From assembly GCA_905178155.1 (NCBI GenBank), contig CAJINV010000005.1, positions 1,046,564-1,110,563 on the forward strand: a stretch of 64,000 nt of DNA, in the 5' to 3' direction. The notes below the pieces were generated by a model. That model was not told where the DNA came from. It made no database searches and was given only the letters and a program-made list of their open reading frames with translations. This DNA comes from Amoebophrya sp. A120 (taxonomy: Eukaryota; Protista; Dinoflagellata). The translations under genes were made by a program, and so were the position numbers. Of this stretch, positions 57,142-64,000 are shown piece by piece (the stretch's first letter is position 1; the number at the start of each line of letters is the position of its first letter).

Positions 57142-58081
57142 AGCACAATTGTTTTTAATATGAAGTTGAGATTCATTTTCATACAACTATCACCCGAGCC
57201 TGTGGATTACAATTACAGACAGATTTCCAAGAAGAACGACGTCTAAATGCATTATCACCAAGAAACAAAGTAAAAGTATCCGTTGAAGCCACCTGCAAAA
57301 ACTCGGCTAGAACTACCGCAAGAGCTGAGCGATTCTTTCGTTAAATTTTGCTTATTGTGATTTAAGAAACCAGCTCGTCCAAAGTTTGATCTTCTCAGGA
57401 AAGCTTCCATATCCATCGCGTTTTGACATGACGTATCGCGTTTCTGTCCTGCAACTGGGCAATAGTTTCATGTTTTCCACACATCAATTCAACAGTTCTG
57501 CCGTTGCGCCAACGCGCTACAAACATGGATAAATTTCTACGTTGCATAGAAGACGTACTTACCACATCTAATTTGGTTTCACGATGTCTACCAACCGTCG
57601 ATAGACATCAGCATCGAGCACAGAGATGCATCAACGTAACTGTACAGGGTGAATGCAAAAAATTGGATAAAACTGCGTACACTACATACTGTTTTTCGTC
57701 GAGAAAGAAACTAGAGCTTGTTGTATTGCTTCGGTTATCACAATCACCGTCACCTGGTCTTTGTGTTTCCTCGGCTTAACAGCCGTTTCCGGTCAACAAC
57801 TCAAAAGTCTTTTTGTGATCTGAGCATGGATGTCGCTCCGCATTCTGATGATCCGAAGAGCAAGATCAATTTGCCCGGAACGGTTGATCAAGTTTTGTTC
57901 CTGTGTTGCGATTTGTTCGGCTGCTGCGCGGGAAAGCGATCATGATGTCGTTTTTTGTGTTGCTTGTATGTTTTCCGTCCCTAATTTAGGGCCCGACGAG
58001 ACATGTCGTGGTACTAACCCACGTGGTCTTCTCCACGATAGAACAGCTTTGAACTTATGTAGCAGCCACAGCGCGACAAAC

Positions 58082-61000
58082 ATGAACCATTCCGACTCCA
58101 CCTCCTCTTCGTCGAGCAGCTGCTCGTCAGCCGCCACGACCCCCCGTGAGCGTCTGTTCTCCACCTCCCAATTAAAGGTTCGCATCCCCGCCGACGCGGA
58201 AGAGCTGTTGAAGCAGCTGAATCTGCCGCATCTTTACTACGTGGAGCCGATCTGCGACAAGGTTTTGGCGTGGGAATTTGATCAGTTAGATCATCATGCC
58301 AAAAGTTCTCCGACGGATTTGCATGAGCCAGCCGGTGGGCTTGGGCTCACTGCGGTTTCGGGCGGGAGTTCATCTTCAAGCAGCTCCTCTCGTGCGAGAG
58401 CCACGGCAGCTACATCGTCATCCTCCAAAGCGATTCTGAAGCTTTCCGACCACCAGCTGAAATCTCTGGAAGACCGGATCACGCACTACGAGCAGTCGGG
58501 CGCGATTCTCGCGGAGACGCTGTCCGAACGGGTTTTGAAGAACTACAACGCCTTCGCGACTGGGATGTCACTCGTGCACCAGATTTCCACGGAGATGGAT
58601 CTGGTGCAGATTTTGGTGAAAAATGGGCGCAGGAAACTCCATCTCGCCAGGGAAGACCTGAACGAATTCCAGGAGAAGATCGTCCGGAAGCAGAAGAAAC
58701 GGCAGCGGTTAGCGTGGTTGCAGGACACGCTGGAGCAGTTTTCGCTCTTCATGAAGTGGAACAAGGAAGTGCAGAAGTGCCTGGAAAACGTGGATTACAT
58801 ATCCGCGGTCGGGGCTTTACGGAAGTTGGAAACGGCTTTGCAGAAGTTCACGGTAGAGGATGTGACAAAACGGTATGTAACGTTGAATCAGGGCGGTGGT
58901 GGTAGAAACGGTGCTCCTGCGGATGATGTCGATGAGGATGAAGATTCTCCGAGAAGACCGAGATCGAGCTCCACGACGATGCAGGGAACGAGGCGAAAAG
59001 ACCAGCAGCTGCTCTGCGTGGAGGACGCGAGAAAGCGGTTTTCGGACAAGCAGCAGATCGTCAGACACAGCATCCACGAGGGATTGCGGGCGGTGGTTTT
59101 GGCCGTAGCATTTGATGAAGAGAAGTACGAAGAGATACTGCTCGCTGCTGCTGATATATCTGGGATGTACGGAACAGCGGCGTCATCGTCTGCCGGTGGA
59201 GCAATGGCTGCGTCAAGTTCCTCCTCCACTTCCTGTGCAAGCAGCCAGCAGCAGAATTTCCGAGGAGGTCTGACTTCGGCGCAGTCCTCCACAGCGTCCT
59301 CCACCGCGAGCAGTGCCAGGGGCTACAACAGCAATCCACCCGGTGCGTCGAGTGCAGTGTCGCAGCAGAACCAGCTTGCGAACAACCCGGGGAATCTGGT
59401 TGTAGAGTTTTTCCTCGATGCGGTGGTGTCCCTGGCGAACGAAACGCAGAGGAGGTTCAAGCGCGACGGCGAAAACGAGGTGGATCCGAGCTGCTACGCG
59501 ATATGTTTGTCGCACCTGCTGGAGAAGCTGCTGTTTGTGCTGTACAGGTTTGACACACTGTGCAGATATCATTCAGATCACAAGCTGCTGCAGGCGAGTG
59601 AGAGTGATGTTGCCGAAGCTGTAACAGCAAATGGAAGGACTCCATTGGAAGCAGGTAAAGGAGCAGAAGAAGAGGTGGCTGGAGATGCAGTTACAGCAAC
59701 AGAAACCGCGACGTCAACGCAGAACAAGGCCCGCCTAATCCACGACGTCCTTCAGGAGTTGAAGGACGCGCAACGGTCATTGTGGGACAAGATGCAGTAC
59801 CAGGTTTCGCTCCTCGTTTTGTCCTGGCGGGTGGACGATGTCACGGATAACGAGTTTTACCACTGTGTTTTCCTCGTCCTGCTTTTCATCACAGAGGGGG
59901 ACTACCTCTTCTCCCAGTTCCTCTCCAGAGTGAAGCTTGCGGAGAGCGCTACCGGCAGACCCAGCACTTCCACTGCAGCGAATAATGTCAACACTGCGAA
60001 CGTCTCCCGGTCTTTGCGGAACACGGTGAAAACGATCTGCCATCAGTACCTCGAAGGTGTCCACCGGAACGCTTGGAGTGTGATGCACAGTTTTCTGCTC
60101 CAAGACTCTTGGCAAAGAGTTCCGGTCGTGAGCTCCGCGGTTTCCATCCCGGGGTTGGCGAAACGGTTTCAGATTCTGAAGACCGCATGTAGTGACTCAG
60201 GTCTATCCTTCGCACAGATGAAACGGATGCTCTACTTCGAATTAAACAACACCAACTCTAGTACAACAAGTCGATCCTCCCCACTCAGCTCCGCTACGAC
60301 GCCCTCCTTCGCCCAAGCTGCTCTCCCCGCCTCGGGCGACGACTGGGCCTGGGTGAACCTCTTCGCAAAGTACGACACGGGCGCGAACTTGCTGGTAACG
60401 AAAAAGGTCTTGATGACGCCAGGACCGAACGACGCAGTTGTTACCGGTACGACGACAACGACCGGGACGCCACTGGATCCACCGGGAACTACCAGTCAGG
60501 TGGACCCTATTCTCTCGACCGCGTCATTCGCCAGCGGGTTCACGACGAGGACAAATTCCTCCTCCAACCTAGATGGCGACGACAGCCTGGAGGAAGACAA
60601 CCCGACGCCGGAAAAGATCGCCGCCTTGTTGGAAACCAGTCCGGTTCTGGCCGCCGCGACGATGCAAGTGTCGCAACACGTCCTTCACCGGCTATTGCGG
60701 CTGTTGAAGCTGGAAGATACGGCGTTAGCAAGCGAAGTTTTCCTGTCTCTCGCGCAGCTTTTCGAGTATTACGCTTACGGGGTTTGCTGCATCGCCCTGT
60801 CGAAAGCGGATCTGAAAAACTTCCTTGCGAACCTTCGGATCATTGAAAGTGTCAAGCCTGACGGGAGCAGCGACCACAGCGCGGGAGCGACGGAAAATAA
60901 CGGCGCGTCCACCGGCGTTTCGGTCCCCTGGCCCAAAGTTTTCGCCCGGTACCGGAGTTTCCTACTGCAACGGCACGGGTTGGAGCTGAGGCAGCGAATG

Positions 61001-62002
61001 CTGCATGTGCAAGATTACATCATCGAGAACGAAAATTTTGGCCAAGTCGACGTGAATCTACTTGACGTGAGTAACAACACAACATCAATGGCAGCCAAGC
61101 AAAAGCAGACCGCCAGCCCGGTCACCCTCCTCGCGGAGAAGTGCGTCGCGGTGGAGAGCTGCATCGGCCTCCTCCGCACCCTCTCCGCGCAACCGGAAAT
61201 GCACGCGGCGGAGCCGCAGCGGCAGTTCTTGGAACAGGCAGACCGGTGCGTGCAGGAATTACGGACGATCGTATACTACTGCGCAGCCCGGGATCTGCTC
61301 TACGTGACGGACGAAATGCCGTTGGATTCGTTTTGCCAGGAGCTGGCGCAGCTGGATTCGAGTGCGACGACGACGATCTTCTTCGACCAAATGCGGGCGC
61401 AGTTCCAGGATTTTGGAAGGAGGATTCCGTGTTGCGGGGGCGGAAGTTTGCCGCAGTTCGTACAATCGGCGGTCTGGACCTGGGTGTACTACCATTTTTT
61501 GCTCGCGTGCACCGACGTACTGGCGCGGGAGGAGGACGCGAAGAAGAGAAACTGGCTGACGAACGGGTAGTGAGTTTGCTTGTTTTGGTGCATCGTCACA
61601 ACTCTTTGCGTATGTTTAGACATCATGACCTGCATAGAAATCGAGAGTTTAACGTCATTTTCATTGCATTCTGTCACCAGGTTCACCAACCTCGTGACCG
61701 TCCTCGACGAGGTTCGTAGCGGCCCGCAGCAGAAGTTGGAATTGCTTCTTCCCACCGCCGCGATCACACTTAGAAAAGAGCAACAGTCCTCCTCTGCCGG
61801 GCAGGAGGAGGGTAGCCATTTGCTCGTCGTCTGGGAGCAGCTCCGGTCCGGCGCGGTCGACTGGCAGGAGTGGTGCAGGAAACACTCGGAATATCCCCTA
61901 GAACTGCACGTGAACCTGCTGAAGCCAAAGACAGACGCGATCAGGATTCAAAATCTCCTGACGGAAATATGCACCATGGCACAAAGTCAAATCGAGAAAT
62001 AG
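58082..62002 (+). CDS. VPS50: Syndetin/VPS50 (EARP complex subunit); one GT-AG intron at about 61567-61680
   Basis: Vps54_N-like segment LSERVLKNYNAFATGMSLVHQI..KNGRRKL..KRQRL, YLEGVHR..FLLQDSWQRVPV and C-terminal LAEKCVAVES..HSEY match conserved VPS50 blocks. Confidence 0.75.
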
Positions 62003-62540
62003 ATGGCGCGATGCTGTACTGCACCCGTGGAACAAGGGAAAAAGTTGAAACGCGAGGTCAGAAAACAAGCATACAATTGCTCCGAAAGAACTCGCGAGAG
62101 TCTGTGTTTCGAAACAGAGTCCAAGTATGAACTAGATCTGATCCACCCTTAAGGTCAGTGACGTGTGCGAATTTGGATATGTCTATGCGAAACTATGGGG
62201 ATCACGGAAAAAACAATCATCTCATAGCAGCAGGCTTGCGTGATCCAATTATTTCTTCTGAGACGAAACAGTTGCGATCCAACACTTGGATCAAAACATT
62301 CCAGTCGGAAATGGTGCTTGTTGAAAGATCTGAACTCGCTGATCTTCCAAATCGAAAGTCATACTGCATGAAGCAATTTTATTGGCGATCGAATATCTTC
62401 ACTCTCACGCTCGACAGGAGTCAGATTTTACGAACGCAAGCGACAAACGATGGATTCATAGTAGCGCTACGGCAATACCTGATTTCTTGAAAGACACTTC
62501 TTGTTCTCCGATTATCCCCACTCAAACGACCGACAACGAC

Positions 62541-64000
62541 ATGTCAATCTTTGGTGGCGGCGGCAACAGCGCACCAGCCGGTGGCGGCTCTTTGTTCGGC
62601 GGCGGCGACAACAAACCAGCAGGCTCTATTTTCGGTGGTGCGGCACCTGCAGCCGGTGCCACCGCCGGTGGTTCCTCCCTTTTCGGTGGCGGTGGCGCGG
62701 CGGCTGCTCCGGCGCCGGCCGCGGGCGGCTTGTTCGGCGGTGGAGCGAGTGCAACTCCCGCTGCGCCAGCGGCTGGTGGATCGAGTCTTTTCGGAGGCGG
62801 CGCAGCGCAAACCCCGGCACCGGCCGCTTCAGGTTCATCGCTTTTCGGCACTGCTGCACCAGCACCCGCGGCAGCAGCGGAATCGAAGGCCGGGTCAATT
62901 TTCGGCGCGGCAGCACCAGCAGCAGCTCCGGATGCGAAGGCAGCAGCACCAGCAGGCGGATCTTTGTTCGGCGCACCTGCCGCTGCTCCTGCAGCGGCGC
63001 CCGCCGCGGACAACAAAGCTAGTTCGGTATTCGGAGCCAGCGCAGCACCGGCAGGAGACCAGAGTAAACCCGCGGAAAGCAAAGCAGGATCAATTTTCGG
63101 CGGTGCAGCAGCAGCTGCACCAGCAGCGGGTGGGGATAACAAAGCAGGGGGGTTGTTCGGAGGTGGCGGTGCAACAGCAGCTCCGGCAAATGACGCGGAT
63201 AAGAACGCACTCGCAACTGTCGGCGGAGCAAAGAAGGAGCCAGACCAGAATGCGCTAAGGATGTCGGTATCTATACATAGAACGGAAGACTTTTTTCGAA
63301 AAGTGAGAGTTTGAAATTGAATTTGAGTGTAGTCGTACGACTGATTCTGCTTCTACTTGTTACTGCCTGTCAAATAGATCAAAAGCAATTCGTCAACATA
63401 GCGACTCACTGTCACTTCTTCTTCTCTCTACTCAGGTCAACGAGCACCGGAAAGTTGGCGAACTTCTGCGACAATACGAAGAACGAATTTTCAAGCAAGC
63501 CGCAACGTTCCAGCAAGCCGCCGCACAGTGCGTCGAGATGGACACGGCACTGATTTCAAACAGTCTAAAGGTCCGAGAAATAAACCTGGAGTACGAAACT
63601 TTGCGAACAAAGCAGAACACCGTTGCCGAGTGCCTGAAGCACATTGCTGAACAGCAGGTACAAATTTTTTCGCAATACGGCACCCACGCGAGTTTGTGTG
63701 TTAGTTAATCAAAGCGCTGGCGCTTTTCTTCTCTCTGTAAGAAAGTACTCTGGATCGAAAATCTGCAATGCAAAAATCAATAAACAGGAATCTCTCTCCC
63801 GCCTAATGGGTGCCCTGCAAGCGAGTCTCCAGTCCGCCCCGGCTGCGAGTACGAAGTGTCACCAAAAAGCGAACACGCTCGCTCTGCATCTCGACGATTT
63901 GGAACGACAAGTGAACGACCTGACGTCGGAAATCGACAACGTGCACGAAAAACAGTATTGAAATGATTTTTGCTATTGCTTTTGCTTGGCAACGTGTATT
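62541..64000 (+). CDS. NUP62: FG-repeat nucleoporin, Nup62/Nsp1-like; 3' partial
   Basis: About 12 (S/G)(L/I/V)FG repeats in Ala/Pro/Gly spacers. After GT-AG introns 63267-63435 and 63658-63787 comes a coiled coil YEERIFKQAATFQQAAAQCVEMDTALISNSLKV..QQESL, like the Nsp1_C region. Confidence 0.75.

Noticed and set aside
1-64000. Reassigned stop codons (reported for one Amoebophrya lineage) as the explanation for broken ORFs
   Set aside because: Multi-kb ORFs are stop-free under the standard code, genes end in TAA, TAG or TGA, and the breaks involve frame changes explained by introns or elements.

Overview
This is eukaryotic nuclear DNA, most likely from an alveolate and probably a parasitic dinoflagellate of the Amoebophrya/Syndiniales type. 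That assignment is inference from an atypical T-x-H MAP kinase, all genes lying on one strand, and many non-canonical introns. The window holds about 16 protein-coding genes, all on the + strand: a membrane-anchored E2/UBC, a divergent kinase, an atypical MAPK, two paralogous Cys-rich surface proteins, an alpha/beta-hydrolase-like protein, a monothiol glutaredoxin, a coiled-coil protein, a DnaJ/Zn-finger protein rich in RPxSA motifs, a Patched/NPC1-like protein, VPS50, a Nup62-like nucleoporin (partial) and several hypothetical proteins. The main signal is a system of 150-350 bp non-coding elements inside exons. They have TAT...ATA-type terminal inverted repeats (TIRs) and 5-bp target-site duplications (TSDs), and fall into at least five families. 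Thirteen copies have perfect TSDs and four have decayed TSDs. Removing the element plus one TSD copy gives a continuous reading frame in every case, including rejoining KVC|DFG in the MAPK. None of the perfect copies can be spliced as GT-AG, GC-AG or AT-AC within its TSD. Two families occur in both orientations relative to the host gene, all share an internal TGT(C/G/A)ATGC motif, and two decayed copies read as GT-AG introns in a fixed register. All coordinates were read by hand, and the gene models are unverified predictions.
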